Shown piece by piece: positions 50,096-62,926 of a stretch of 64,000 nt of DNA. A model generated the notes under the pieces. That model did no database searches and was not told the DNA's origin. It was given only the letters and a program-made list of their open reading frames with translations. A program made the translations under genes and the position numbers. Source of the DNA: an uncultured Ignavibacteriaceae bacterium (GTDB taxonomy: Bacteria; Bacteroidota; Ignavibacteria; UBA10030); assembly GCA_964473365.1 (NCBI GenBank), contig CAYYOV010000003.1, positions 57,139 to 121,138 of the forward strand, in the 5' to 3' direction. The first letter of the stretch is position 1. Each line of letters begins with the position of its first letter.

Positions 50096-50620
50096 TCATC
50101 TCTTCCGCCGCAAGGGTCCCAACAGGTCGGCATACGAACCCCCGATGATCTCATCCGCACGTATGCGGAATGCAGACCGCAATGTTCGGTAAAGCCGCAC
50201 GGCTTGACGAGGCCCCCGTCGAAGAAGCACCTCAAACTCGATGAAGCTTCCCAGGTCATTCACCTGGTCAAGGTGGATCCGGGCGTTCTGCAACACGAAT
50301 AGTGTCCGGCGCTTTCGGACCACGATGCGCGCTCGCCATGCAGCATTCAGCGCCGACATGGTCCGCCGTGGGTCTGAGAGTGGGTAGACCATGTATGCTG
50401 ACCAACGTCCGGCTCCTGCTGCCGTCGAGGGACGATCATAGAAGATCAACTCGTTCCGGCTCCCGCGTATCTCGCGCAACTTGAGCCGTCCAGACGGGAC
50501 TTCAAAATACGTGTCCGTCTGGCGCATCACGCCGATTTCCTTCGCTCCGAGCGACCGGGCGATACGCCGAGCTGATCTAAGCGACCGGCAGCGGGCCTTC
50601 AGTTCGAGGTTGTGGGCCAC
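50096..50620 (-). CDS. CYTH-domain protein (class IV adenylate cyclase / triphosphatase-like)
   Basis: N-terminal NLELKARC (ExExK-type) motif, QTDTYF and RLKLREI as in CyaB/CYTH proteins. GTG start. Confidence 0.7.
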   Translation of the reverse strand: MAHNLELKARCRSLRSARRIARSLGAKEIGVMRQTDTYFEVPSGRLKLREIRGSRNELIFYDRPSTAAGAGRWSAYMVYPLSDPRRTMSALNAAWRARIVVRKRRTLFVLQNARIHLDQVNDLGSFIEFEVLLRRGPRQAVRLYRTLRSAFRIRADEIIGGSYADLLGPLRRKR

Positions 50621-50624
50621 CGGC

Positions 50625-51110
50625 CTAGCGATTGATCTCCAGGATCTTGTACTGCAGCGTTCCGGCCGGGACCTTGATGGATACTGTCTCGCCGGCCGTC
50701 TTTCCGAGCAATCCTTTGCCGATGGGCGAGGTCACGGAGATCTTGTTCTTGTCGAAATCGGCCTCCTCGGGTGCGACCAAGCGGTATTCGATGACCTCCT
50801 TCGACTTCATGTCTTGCAGCTTCACAAGAGAGAGGATGTAGATCTTGTCGTTGGGCAGGTCGGAGGCCTCGATGACGCGAGCTCGCGCGAGCGTCTCTTC
50901 CAGCTTGGCGATCCGCAGCTCCAGGTGGGCCTGCGCCTCTCGGGCAGCGTCATACTCGGCGTTCTCGCTGAGATCGCCATGACCCCGAGCTTCCTGGATC
51001 TTCTGGATGACATCTGCTCGCCCGTGGATCCGGAGCTCCTTGAGTTCCTGCTCAAGCTCCGCCATCCGCTCGCGTGTCAGATAGACGTGACCATTATTGC
51101 TTTCGACCAT
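50625..51110 (-). CDS. greA: Transcription elongation factor GreA
   Basis: GDLSENAEYDAAREAQ coiled-coil tip and C-terminal VSVTSPIGKGLLGK motif. Confidence 0.92.
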   Translation of the reverse strand: MVESNNGHVYLTRERMAELEQELKELRIHGRADVIQKIQEARGHGDLSENAEYDAAREAQAHLELRIAKLEETLARARVIEASDLPNDKIYILSLVKLQDMKSKEVIEYRLVAPEEADFDKNKISVTSPIGKGLLGKTAGETVSIKVPAGTLQYKILEINR

Positions 51111-51159
51111 ACCGCTCTCCCTGAAAAAACCATTGCCCCCGGCAGTGAGCCGAGGGCGT

Positions 51160-51196
51160 CTTCAAACACAAAAGCCAACATCGCGCGATGGTGGCT
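51160..51196 (-). terminator. Rho-independent terminator after ribBA
   Basis: Minus-strand AGCCACCAUCG-CG-CGAUGUUGGCU (one mismatch) followed by UUUGUGUUUG. Confidence 0.65.
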
Positions 51197-51247
51197 TTTC
51201 ACGCCACAACGTACCGCATTTCGCGCAGAAGCGCAAGTGGCGCCCGG

Positions 51248-52477
51248 TCAGGCCCGGTCTGCTTTGGGCTCGATCAGGATCAGGTGGCCAAGTTTGTCGC
51301 GTTTGGCCTTCAGATACCGCTCGTTGTGGCTCGTGGGATCGATCTCCAATGGGACCCGTTCCACGATCTCGAGTCCATAGCCGCTGAGTCCGACCACTTT
51401 CTTGGGATTGTTCGTCATCAGGCGGATGCGCCGGACACCGAGATCACGAAGGATCTGCGCCCCGATGCCATAATCCCGCAGGTCCGCGCGGAAGCCGAGC
51501 TGTTCGTTCGCTTCAACGGTGTCGAGCCCGTCGTCCTGGAGGCGATACGCCTTCAGCTTGTTCGAAAGTCCGATCCCCCGCCCCTCCTGCCTCATGTACA
51601 CGATGACCCCACGCCCTTCCCGCTCGACGCGTTCCATCGAGGCCACCAATTGTGCGTTGCAGTCGCATCGGAGGGACCCGAAGACGTCACCCGTCAGACA
51701 CTCGGAATGAACCCGCACGAGGACCGGTTCATCGCCGCCGATCAGTCCCTTGACCAGGACGACGTGTTCCTTCTGATCGGTCGTGCTCCGGTAGAGATGC
51801 AGGATGAACTCTCCATGTTCCGAAGGCAGTCGTGTTGTCACCTGGCGCTGGACGAGCGTTTCCCGCCGCATCCGGTACTCGATGAGCGACCGCACGCTGA
51901 TCATGACAAGCCCGTGCCGCTCTGCCAAGCCCTGCAACTGCGGCAACCGTGCCATCGTGCCGTCCTCGTTCAGGATCTCTGTAAGCACGCCCGCAGGCTG
52001 CAGGCCGGCCAATCGGCACAGATCTACTACCGCTTCCGTGTGCCCGGCGCGGCGAAGGACTCCGCCGTCCATCGCACGAAGCGGGAACACATGCCCGGGG
52101 CGTGCCAGGTCCGTCCGTTTTGTGGCGGGGTCCGCCAGCGCCCGGACGGTGGCCGCACGGTCGGCGGCCGACACGCCTGTCGTTGTACCGTGCAGGTAGT
52201 CGACTGAAATGGTGAACGGCGTCTCGTGGAGCGACGTGTTCACATCCACCATGGCCTCGAGACCGAGCGCGGACGCCCGTTCACGCGTGACCGGGGCACA
52301 CAGCACGCCCCGGCCTTCGCGAACGAAGAAGTTGATCGTTTCTGCAGTGGCCACTTCCGCCGCAGCCACAAAATCGCCTTCATTCTCGCGCTCTTCGTCG
52401 TCGACGACAATGATGATCCGGCCCTGGCGGAGGGCCGCCAAAGCGTCGTCTATGGTATGCATCGTCGACATGGACAT
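51248..52477 (-). CDS. ribBA: Bifunctional DHBP synthase / GTP cyclohydrolase II
   Basis: RENEGDFV and RPGHVFPL (RibB part); [19 protein letters not shown] (RibA zinc site). Confidence 0.93.
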   Translation of the reverse strand: MSMSTMHTIDDALAALRQGRIIIVVDDEERENEGDFVAAAEVATAETINFFVREGRGVLCAPVTRERASALGLEAMVDVNTSLHETPFTISVDYLHGTTTGVSAADRAATVRALADPATKRTDLARPGHVFPLRAMDGGVLRRAGHTEAVVDLCRLAGLQPAGVLTEILNEDGTMARLPQLQGLAERHGLVMISVRSLIEYRMRRETLVQRQVTTRLPSEHGEFILHLYRSTTDQKEHVVLVKGLIGGDEPVLVRVHSECLTGDVFGSLRCDCNAQLVASMERVEREGRGVIVYMRQEGRGIGLSNKLKAYRLQDDGLDTVEANEQLGFRADLRDYGIGAQILRDLGVRRIRLMTNNPKKVVGLSGYGLEIVERVPLEIDPTSHNERYLKAKRDKLGHLILIEPKADRA

Positions 52478-52483
52478 CTGTCC

Positions 52484-52786
52484 TTACTTCGAGGCCGGTT
52501 CGCCTTCGCGCACGATGGTCGTAACGGAACTGCGTTCGACTTTCACCTTCACGTTGTCCGCGATCTGCACCAGGAGCGTCTTCTCCTCGATCCCGATCAC
52601 GGTACCGTGCAGTCCACCGGCCGTGACCACCTTATCCCCCTTCTTGAGCGCTGAAAGCATACTTTGACGCTCCTTCTCGCGCTTCTGCTGGGGGCGAATG
52701 ATCATGAAGTAGAAGATGGCGATGATGCTACCGAACAGTATGAGGTTGCTGATGAGGCTCGGGCCTTCCTGACCCTGAGGAGCCAT
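52484..52786 (-). CDS. yajC: Preprotein translocase subunit YajC
   Basis: FYFMIIRPQQKREKE...KKGDKVVTAGGLHGTV signature. Start trimmed to MAPQGQEG (ATG 52786), since the long ORF overlaps tgt. Confidence 0.85.
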   Translation of the reverse strand: MAPQGQEGPSLISNLILFGSIIAIFYFMIIRPQQKREKERQSMLSALKKGDKVVTAGGLHGTVIGIEEKTLLVQIADNVKVKVERSSVTTIVREGEPASK

Positions 52787-52824
52787 GAGCAAAAGGGTGA
52801 ATGCTTCCAACGGTCTCTCCTTGC

Positions 52825-53955
52825 TTACGATGGATCGGTGACGGTGGCTGTGAGCGTCGCCAGCGTCGTCGTCCGCCAGGCCGCAAACCGGCCCTCGAGG
52901 ATCGCCGCCCGCATGGCGCGCATGAGGTTCAAATAGAATGACAGATTGTGCAGGGTCGCGAGGTGCAATCCCAGGACCTCTTTGGCAATGAACAAATGCC
53001 GGAGGTATGCGCGTGAATACGTCCGACACGTTGGACAGCTGCAATGCTCATCGAGCGGGCGCTGATCGTCCCGGTATACGGCATTCCGCAAGTTCAGCGT
53101 CCCTGCCGCCGTGAATACCTGACCGTTTCGACCGTTCCGGGTTGGAAGCACGCAGTCGAACATGTCCACCCCACGCGCGACGGCTTCGATCAGATTCTCC
53201 GGCGTTCCCACTCCCATCAGATAGCGGGGCCGGTCGGCGGGCAACAGCGGAGTGACTGCCTCAACGATCCGATACATCTCCTCAGCCGATTCTCCCACCG
53301 CCAATCCGCCAATGGCATGGCCCTCGAACCCCATCGATGCGATCGCCTCTGCGCTTCGCGCTCGGAGATCGTCGTAAGTGCTTCCCTGAACGATGCCAAA
53401 TTGCATTTGCTGGTGACCGTAGAGCGGCGACGTAGAATCGAACGCCGACCGTGACCGCTCGGCCCATCGCGTTGTCAGATCGACCGAGCGTGCCGCGTAT
53501 TCCCGTTCGCAGGGAAAAGGAGCACACTCGTCCAGCACCATCATGACGTCGGAGCCAATCGACCGTTGCATGGCCACGACCTGCTCGGCCGTGAATAGGT
53601 GAGACGAACCGTCGAGATGTGACTTGAACGTCACCCCCTCCTCGTTGATCTTTCGGAGGTCCGAAAGGCTGAACACTTGGTAGCCACCGCTGTCCGTCAG
53701 GATCGCCCGGTCCCATTGCATGAACCCATGCAATCCACCGAATTTCTCGAGGATCCGATCTCCCGGACGCAAATAGAGATGGTACGTGTTCCCGAGGATG
53801 ATTCGCGCTTCGAGCTCCCGAAGGTCGCGCTGATCGACCGCTTTGACCGTCCCTTGCGTACCCACCGGCATGAAGACGGGAGTCAGGACCTCCCCATGGG
53901 CTGTAGCCAACCGTCCTGCCCGTGCGGCGCCATCCTGACCCTGCAGCGTGAACAT
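52825..53955 (-). CDS. tgt: tRNA-guanine transglycosylase
   Basis: TPVFMPVGT, LTDSGGYQV and zinc site CSCPTC...H. 376 aa. Confidence 0.95.
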   Translation of the reverse strand: MFTLQGQDGAARAGRLATAHGEVLTPVFMPVGTQGTVKAVDQRDLRELEARIILGNTYHLYLRPGDRILEKFGGLHGFMQWDRAILTDSGGYQVFSLSDLRKINEEGVTFKSHLDGSSHLFTAEQVVAMQRSIGSDVMMVLDECAPFPCEREYAARSVDLTTRWAERSRSAFDSTSPLYGHQQMQFGIVQGSTYDDLRARSAEAIASMGFEGHAIGGLAVGESAEEMYRIVEAVTPLLPADRPRYLMGVGTPENLIEAVARGVDMFDCVLPTRNGRNGQVFTAAGTLNLRNAVYRDDQRPLDEHCSCPTCRTYSRAYLRHLFIAKEVLGLHLATLHNLSFYLNLMRAMRAAILEGRFAAWRTTTLATLTATVTDPS

Positions 53956-54039
53956 GTCGACCGATCGAATGTGGGGAACAAAAAACGCCGGGATGCGTTC
54001 CGGCGGACAGACCCAAGATAGCGCAAAATCGCAGGCAAA

Positions 54040-54429
54040 TCAATCCGCGCGTGACAGTTGGGAAGCAGGTCGTCGTTGCCACGCGATGAAGCCTGCCGCA
54101 ACGACCGCGCCAACGACATCGGCGCCAAGGTCCAGCCAGCTCGGCACTCGGCCCGGTACATACGATTGATGGAACTCATCCGACAAGCCATAGACGGTTG
54201 CGAACACGACCGCCAGGATCAATGCACGCCGAACGCCTACGTTCCACCAACTTTGATGATAGATCGCCCGATACGCCGTCCAAGCAAGCACTCCGTACAC
54301 GATCGCATGGGCCAGTTTGTCGAGCTGGTACGGAAGCGGCACATGTGCGATCTGCGGAAGTGACGAGAGGACAAAGATGGTGAACGCCCAGGCCAGCAAC
54401 GGACCTTGGTACTTCAAGACCTTGATCAC
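54040..54429 (-). CDS. VanZ-family membrane protein
   Basis: Four TM helices with DKLAHAIVYGVLAW and SDEFHQSYVPGR motifs. GTG start overlaps the nnr stop. Confidence 0.6.
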   Translation of the reverse strand: MIKVLKYQGPLLAWAFTIFVLSSLPQIAHVPLPYQLDKLAHAIVYGVLAWTAYRAIYHQSWWNVGVRRALILAVVFATVYGLSDEFHQSYVPGRVPSWLDLGADVVGAVVAAGFIAWQRRPASQLSRAD

Positions 54430-55985
54430 GATCGCTCCCCTCCGTCGCGTAACGCCTGAGGCAACATTCCCACGAGATCACCCGCGAGCAACGATCGACC
54501 GCCGTAGCGGCCTTTCGCCAGATCACCCGAACGACCATGAAGCCAGACCCCGCTCCAGGCGGCCGTGAATGGGTCGATCGCCTGGGCGCGCAGCCCACCA
54601 ATGATGCCCGCCAATACGTCACCCGAACCCACTGTGGCCATTCCAGAGTTCCCCGTACTGTTGATCGCGACGAGTCCATCCGGCGACGCCGTGCACGTCG
54701 GCGACCCCTTCAGAACGATCACGCGATGATGTCGTAGTGCCCACGACCTGGCAGCTTCGACCCGATCGGCTTCGATCGCTTTCGCCGAAACGCCCGACAA
54801 ACGGCCGAATTCCCCGGCGTGCGGAGTCAGGATCCAGTCTCTCCCCTGCCATTTCCGACGGTCGAGTTCCGCAAGCATCGTCAGCGCGTCGGCATCGATG
54901 ACCAAGGGACGTTCACAACGGTCCAGAACTCCCTCGAGAAATTCCATCACCGATGAAGACCTGCCGAGTCCGGGCCCGATGACAACCGCGTCGGCCCAGG
55001 CACAACGCTCCAAGATCGCCGGCAGGGCAGCCGGAGCGAAGGACCCGTCGTCTGAAGACGGTAGTGGCTGCAGGATCGGCTCCGTCAACTTGCGCGCAAG
55101 CACGGCATGGATCGACTCCGGATGGGCAACGACGACCGCGCCTGCTCCGCTGCGGAGGGCTCCGAGCGCTGCAAGTGTAGCGGCCCCCGTGTATCCTCGG
55201 GAGCCGGCGATCAGGAGCACCTTGCCGGCGGCATACTTGTGGATCTGATGCGGCCGGGGACCCAGAACGGACGCCAGATCGCTGTTCTGTACGAGTCGTG
55301 TCCGGAATGCCCGGTCGTTCGTGACCGCGGTCGGCAGTCCAATGTCGACGCAGGTAACATGGCCGGAGCGCTCTCGCCCATCGTTGAGCAGTAGACCGGT
55401 CTTCAGCATGCCAAACGTGACGGTGGCGGCCGCACGCACAGCCGGGCCTTCTGCGACGCCGGTCGTACCATTGACGCCCGAGGGAATGTCCAAAGAGGCG
55501 ATCGGGCCGCCAAGTCCATTCATCCACGCGATCGCTCTGGCGGCAACCCCTCGAGGTTTTCCGGTGAACCCGGTCCCGAACAACGCATCGACGACGAGCG
55601 CTGGAGCCTCACCGCGAGCGACCCGTGCGCTGGCCAAGGTGACGATCCTCAGGCGCTCGCCGTGCGCACGCGCTTCTTCGCGGAGGAGGACGAAGTGTTT
55701 GGCAGCATCTCCCTGCAGCGAAGCTGCCGACGAGACGAGGACGACTCGGACGGATGCACCATGATTGGCCAGAACACGGGCAACCACGAAGCCGTCTCCC
55801 CCGTTGTTGCCAGGGCCACAGACAACGACGACCGGCTTGTTCTGAAGAGGAGAGAAATGCTTGAGGAGCCAATGGGCTGCGGCTGTGCCGGCCCGATCCA
55901 TCAGGAGGAGCCCGGGGACCTTGAAGCGGCGGATCGTGGCGTGATCACACGAGCGCATCTCCGATGACGTGACGACGGTCAGCAT
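54426..55985 (-). CDS. nnr: Bifunctional NAD(P)H-hydrate repair enzyme (epimerase + ADP-dependent dehydratase)
   Basis: YjeF-N (GPGNNGGDGFVVAR) fused to YjeF-C carbohydrate-kinase domain (GSGDVLAGIIGG). Confidence 0.88.
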   Translation of the reverse strand: MLTVVTSSEMRSCDHATIRRFKVPGLLLMDRAGTAAAHWLLKHFSPLQNKPVVVVCGPGNNGGDGFVVARVLANHGASVRVVLVSSAASLQGDAAKHFVLLREEARAHGERLRIVTLASARVARGEAPALVVDALFGTGFTGKPRGVAARAIAWMNGLGGPIASLDIPSGVNGTTGVAEGPAVRAAATVTFGMLKTGLLLNDGRERSGHVTCVDIGLPTAVTNDRAFRTRLVQNSDLASVLGPRPHQIHKYAAGKVLLIAGSRGYTGAATLAALGALRSGAGAVVVAHPESIHAVLARKLTEPILQPLPSSDDGSFAPAALPAILERCAWADAVVIGPGLGRSSSVMEFLEGVLDRCERPLVIDADALTMLAELDRRKWQGRDWILTPHAGEFGRLSGVSAKAIEADRVEAARSWALRHHRVIVLKGSPTCTASPDGLVAINSTGNSGMATVGSGDVLAGIIGGLRAQAIDPFTAAWSGVWLHGRSGDLAKGRYGGRSLLAGDLVGMLPQALRDGGERS

Positions 55986-56133
55986 CGCCGACCTCGCGCT
56001 GTCGAGATCCGACCCGCCTCGACGCTTTGGATTTCGTCACGTGTGACCGATGCGGACATCTTCGTTCTCACCGGAAGGATCATCGAGAACGCCCACCGAC
56101 AAGACAGAGCGGGCCGTGATGCCACGTTGCGTC

Positions 56134-57555
56134 CTACATCGCCGGAGCGAACAATTGCAGGAAGGTGGCAGGCAGGATGCCGACCAGCACCACCAGCATG
56201 GCTGTGACACCGAGGGCGATCATGACCGAGATGCGCGGCAATGGGATATGCTCACCGTCGCGCTCCCGGAAGTACATCATCACGATCACTCGGAGATAGT
56301 AGTAGGCGGAAACTGCGCTCGTGAGCACGCCGATGACAGCCAACCATGTCATGTCGGCCCGGACAGCGGCCATGAACACATAGTATTTTCCGATGAACCC
56401 AGCGAACGGCGGAATGCCCGTGAGCGAGAACATGAACAGCGCCATCACCGCGGCAAGGACCGGCTGATGCTGGCTCAATCCTACATAGTCGTCAAGTGAC
56501 GTCCCTTCACCGTTCGCGCGTTCATGCCACCCGATGACAGCGAACGCTCCCAACGTCGTGACCGTATAGGCGGTGAGATACAGGTAGACGCCAGAGAAAC
56601 CTTCGGCCGTACCTGAGGCCACGCCGGTCAGAAGGTATCCCGCATGCGCAATAGACGAATAGGCGAGCATGCGTTTCAAGTTCGTTTGCGCGATCGCCAC
56701 GATGTTCCCCAAGATCATCGAGGCCGCCGCCAGAAGGGCCAGTACGTCGGACGTGGCGCTGCCGCCAATGTCGAACGTCCTGAGCATCACGGTCGCGAGC
56801 GCGGCGAATGCGGCCGACTTGGCTGCCGTGGCCATGAAGCCCGTCACGACCGTCGGAGCGCCTTCATACACGTCGGGTGCCCACATGTGGAAAGGCACAG
56901 CCGCCACCTTGAAGCCAAGGCCCGAGATCAGCAGGGCTGTGCCGAGCAGGAACAGTGGTTCGTTCGCAACCCCCGCATAGGCCCGGGAAACGGCATCAAG
57001 GTTCGTGCTGCCGACGGATCCGTAGATCAGGGCGATGCCGTACAAGAGGAACCCTGTTGCGAACGCTCCCAGGAGGAAATACTTGAGGGAAGCCTCGTTT
57101 TGCCGGTCCTTGGTCCGCTCGAACCCCGCAAGCACGTACAAACAGACGGACATCAGCTCGATGCCGAGGAACAACGTAATGAGGTCGTTCGCCGACGCCA
57201 TGAGGACCATGCCGATGATCGCAAACAGCATCAGGATGTAGAACTCCCCGCGGTGCGCATCGCGGTGCTCAAAGTACGGCTGTGCCACGAGCGCCGTGAC
57301 GATGCCCGCGACCGAGAGCAGGATCGTCAGATACGACGAGGGGGCGTCCGTCGTGAACATGCCATTGAAGGCCTCACCGCTTTCGTGGAGGTTCAGGCCG
57401 GCAAGGAGCCCCGTCACGAGGAGTCCCGTGATGGCGAGCAGGTGCGAGTATCGGGCGCGCCCGACGCGCGCGGCCTCCGCGATGATGATGAGCAGGACCG
57501 TCACTGTCAGGGAGAACAGTGGCATGGCGAGCGTAAAATCCGTGGCCGTCAGCAT
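56134..57555 (-). CDS. nuoN: NADH-quinone oxidoreductase subunit N
   Basis: 473-aa antiporter-like subunit ([22 protein letters not shown]). Last gene of the nuo block. Confidence 0.9.
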   Translation of the reverse strand: [473 protein letters not shown]

Positions 57556-57606
57556 ACGTTCAAGCGAGAATGGGGGGTCGTGACCGACCGCCGATGGACC
57601 GCACCA

Positions 57607-59055
57607 TCATCCGGCGCGGAAGAACAGGAACCAGACAAGGACATACACGGGCAGCAACACCGGGAGCGAATACTTCCAGACAAACTCAAAGAATGACGGT
57701 GCCGGCAACTGGGCCGACTCGACGATCGACTTCACCATGAAATTCGGCCCATTCCCGATGTACGTCATGGCACCGAAGAAGACCGCCGCGACCGAGACCG
57801 CCAGGATGAAGTGCGACGACCCGGCGGAGATGGCCAGCAGCGCTCCGGGGAGCGGATTCGCCAGCCCGAGCGCTTCGGGCGTGGCACTTCCCAGCATGGC
57901 CAGCATATGCGTCGCATCGTCGAGTGTCGCCGCATGCAAGCCGAACGCCGTGCTTAGAAAATTCAGGTACGTCGGCGCGTTGTCGAGCACGCTCGACAAG
58001 GCCCCTGTCGCCCAGAAGAACTCACCCGGCGTCGTGAGGCCCACCCGAGACGCGTGGGCCGACAGCCAATCAAGCGCGGGGATCATGGTCAAGAAAATGC
58101 CGACAAACAGGAATGCCACCTCACGAACAGGAGCGAACGTGAAATCGTTGTGATGGTAGACATCGCCACGCGTCGTGATGAGCGACGCCAGCGCCGCTCC
58201 CCACATCACAACTTCCCGCAGCATCCGTGGAGCTGGATCCTCGATGAAGACGGCGGCGACAATGACGAACAGAAACAGCACATTGTGCACGCCCGAGATC
58301 CGCGTCTCATCCGGGGCATGGGCCGCTTCCTGCGACCGGTGAGGCAGGTGACGGAACGACCTTCGGTCGATCACGTAGAAGATCGCGAGCACCAGCCCCA
58401 TCGTGAGCACCCACATGAGCCCCACACGCTCGGCCACCCACAGGAACGGAATACCCTTCAGATACCCGAGGAACAAAGGCGGATCCCCGATGGGCGTCAG
58501 CGCTCCGCCAATGTTGCTCACCAGGAAAATGAAGAACACGCCATGGAACGGCTGGAAACGCGACCGGTTCATCCGGATGAACGGCCGGATGAAGATCATC
58601 GATGCACCCGTCGTTCCAAGGACGTTTGCAAGCACGGATGCGACGGCCAACACAACGACGTTTTCTTCGGGGGTCGCCCGTCCGCGTACGCCAATGTGGA
58701 TTCCACCCGCGACGACGAACAGCGACCCGATCAGCGAAATGAAACTGACATATTCTGCGAATGTGTGGACGACCCGAAGCCCTGCTCCATAGAATACGAT
58801 GTAGACAGCGGCAACGATCATCCCCAGCGCCACAGCAACTGCCGCGTAGTGCGATTCCCACCAATGCCGGTTGACGAACGGCGCCGCAGCGATCGACACA
58901 AGAAGTATCGCGAACGGGATCGTCAACCATGGCGTCACATCCACCGTGTGAACGCCATCCCAAACCTCGGGGAAGGCGTTGGCCAGGGCCAACACAACCA
59001 CGGACAGTCCTGCGTACCACGCCAGCAGGACCCGCCGGCGGTGTCTCAGCACCAT
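57607..59055 (-). CDS. ArsB/NhaD-superfamily transporter (NhaD-like Na+/H+ antiporter candidate) embedded in the nuo operon
   Basis: 482 aa, about 12 TM helices, SNIGGALTPIGDPPLFLGYLKGIPFLW motif as remembered for NhaD/CitMHS-type proteins. Its ATG (59055-59053) overlaps the nuoM TGA (59057-59055) by 1 nt. Confidence 0.65.
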   Translation of the reverse strand: MVLRHRRRVLLAWYAGLSVVVLALANAFPEVWDGVHTVDVTPWLTIPFAILLVSIAAAPFVNRHWWESHYAAVAVALGMIVAAVYIVFYGAGLRVVHTFAEYVSFISLIGSLFVVAGGIHIGVRGRATPEENVVVLAVASVLANVLGTTGASMIFIRPFIRMNRSRFQPFHGVFFIFLVSNIGGALTPIGDPPLFLGYLKGIPFLWVAERVGLMWVLTMGLVLAIFYVIDRRSFRHLPHRSQEAAHAPDETRISGVHNVLFLFVIVAAVFIEDPAPRMLREVVMWGAALASLITTRGDVYHHNDFTFAPVREVAFLFVGIFLTMIPALDWLSAHASRVGLTTPGEFFWATGALSSVLDNAPTYLNFLSTAFGLHAATLDDATHMLAMLGSATPEALGLANPLPGALLAISAGSSHFILAVSVAAVFFGAMTYIGNGPNFMVKSIVESAQLPAPSFFEFVWKYSLPVLLPVYVLVWFLFFRAG

Positions 59056-60638
59056 CAGCGGCCCACCGGGATTGGGTTAGTCACCGCCGTCGGCGCGGCG
59101 GCCACGTTGGGTGCCTCACCACGGCGAGCTTTATCAATCTTCGTCACGACGCTCTTTGCTGTCGGAGCCGAGATGTTCAGGAACGTCCCGGGGAAGACCC
59201 CGATCCACACGATGAACACCACAAGCGGGATGAGCGACCCGATCTCACGACGGTCCAGATCGAGCACGAACTCGCCATGGTACTTCCCCCCTTCCCGCAT
59301 CGGCCCAAGAAAGACCCGCTGATACATCCAAAGCATATAGACGGCGGAAAGGATGACGCCACTTGCCGCCACGACCGTGTACGCGACCGTTCCGAGCGCG
59401 ACCGACCGGAACGCCCCCATCATGATCAGGAACTCTCCGACGAACCCGTTCAATCCCGGCAGGCCGATCGATGACAGCGACATGAACAGCATCGCAATGG
59501 CATAGACCGGCATCACCTTTGCCAATCCGCCGTAGTCGGCGATCGCACGGCTATGCGTCCGGTCGTAGACGAACCCGACAAGGAGGAAGAGCGCGCCGGT
59601 GGAGAGGCCGTGGTTGACCATCTGAATGATCGCCCCCTGCATCCCCTCTTCGGTCATCGAGAAGATCCCGAGCATGACGAATCCCAGGTGCGACACGGAA
59701 GAGTAGGCGACCAGCTTTTTTATGTCGGTCTGGACCATGGCCACCAGCGCGCCGTACACGATCCCGACGACCGCCAGCACTGCGATGTATGGCATCGCAG
59801 CAAGCGAGGCGTTCGGGAAGAGCGGCAGGCAGAATCGGATGAACCCGTAGGTCCCCATTTTCAGGAGCACGCCGGCCAGCAGGACGCTGCCCGCGGTCGG
59901 GGCCTGCACGTGCGCATCGGGCAACCACGTGTGCAGCGGGAAGAGCGGCACCTTGATGGCAAAGCTGAGCGCGAAGGCGAGGAAGAGCCACAGCTGGATT
60001 CCACCCGACAGTCGTGGCCCGACGTTCATGAGCACCGTGAGGTCGGTCGTGAACTGCCCTCCGGGCTGCTGCGATGCATAGAAGCCGAGCGCAAGAATGG
60101 CCACGAGCATCAGGAGCGATCCGAAGAGCGTATACAGGAAGAACTTGACTGCCGCATAGACCCGGTCCTGCCCGCCCCACAATCCGATGATGAAGACCAT
60201 TGGAATGAGCATCGCTTCCCAGAACACGTAGAACAGGAACGTGTCCAGCGCGGCAAAGACGCCGACCATCCCCACCTCCAACGCGAGCACCATCATGGTG
60301 TAGTCTCGGAGCCGGTGATGGATCGACCGCCAAGTACCAATCAGCGCGATGGGCGTCAGGAATGTCGTCAGCATAATGAGCACGAGTGCCATGCCGTCGA
60401 TGCCCACGTGGTAGCTGACGTTCAGCGACGGGATCCAAGGGACGCTCTCGACAAATTGGAAGGCCGGGTCAGCGATGTCAAACCCAGACCAGAGCCCGAG
60501 CGAGACGCCGAAGGTCGCCAACGAAGCCACGAGACCGGTCATCCGGGCCGCACGTTGGTGTTCATTCTTCATGAACGCCAGGAGCACGATCCCGGCGAGC
60601 GGAAGGAAGATGGTCAGACTCAACAAGGAGGAGAACAT
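59055..60638 (-). CDS. nuoM: NADH-quinone oxidoreductase subunit M
   Basis: KVPLFPLHTWLPDAHVQAPTAGSVLLAGVLLKMG is the NuoM signature. 527 aa. Confidence 0.92.
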   Translation of the reverse strand: MFSSLLSLTIFLPLAGIVLLAFMKNEHQRAARMTGLVASLATFGVSLGLWSGFDIADPAFQFVESVPWIPSLNVSYHVGIDGMALVLIMLTTFLTPIALIGTWRSIHHRLRDYTMMVLALEVGMVGVFAALDTFLFYVFWEAMLIPMVFIIGLWGGQDRVYAAVKFFLYTLFGSLLMLVAILALGFYASQQPGGQFTTDLTVLMNVGPRLSGGIQLWLFLAFALSFAIKVPLFPLHTWLPDAHVQAPTAGSVLLAGVLLKMGTYGFIRFCLPLFPNASLAAMPYIAVLAVVGIVYGALVAMVQTDIKKLVAYSSVSHLGFVMLGIFSMTEEGMQGAIIQMVNHGLSTGALFLLVGFVYDRTHSRAIADYGGLAKVMPVYAIAMLFMSLSSIGLPGLNGFVGEFLIMMGAFRSVALGTVAYTVVAASGVILSAVYMLWMYQRVFLGPMREGGKYHGEFVLDLDRREIGSLIPLVVFIVWIGVFPGTFLNISAPTAKSVVTKIDKARRGEAPNVAAAPTAVTNPIPVGR

Positions 60639-60659
60639 GACTCAGGCCAAAGGTCGTTG

Positions 60660-62600
<1,941 letters not shown>

Positions 62601-62618
62601 GGCGTCAGCGTCGGTCAG

Positions 62619-62921
62619 TTACCATTTCAGGAGGTTGATCTCGTCGATGTTCACCGTCTGCTTCCGGCGATACAGGGCGATGATGATCGCCAGACCGACG
62701 GCGGCCTCTGCAGCAGCCACGGTCATGACAAAGAACACGAGCATCTGACCGGTGACGTTGCCGAGGAAGCTTGAGAAGGCGACGAGCGTGAGGTTGGCCG
62801 AGTTCAGCATGAGCTCGATCGACATGAAGACGATGATGGCATTCCGGCGCGTCAGCACGCCGACCGCGCCGGTGATGAACATCACGGCGCTGAGCATGAG
62901 GTAGTGGTTCAGTGGGACCAT
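62619..62921 (-). CDS. nuoK: NADH-quinone oxidoreductase subunit K
   Basis: 100 aa, 3 TM helices, [11 protein letters not shown]...[11 protein letters not shown] signature. Confidence 0.92.
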   Translation of the reverse strand: MVPLNHYLMLSAVMFITGAVGVLTRRNAIIVFMSIELMLNSANLTLVAFSSFLGNVTGQMLVFFVMTVAAAEAAVGLAIIIALYRRKQTVNIDEINLLKW

Positions 62922-62926
62922 CGGGG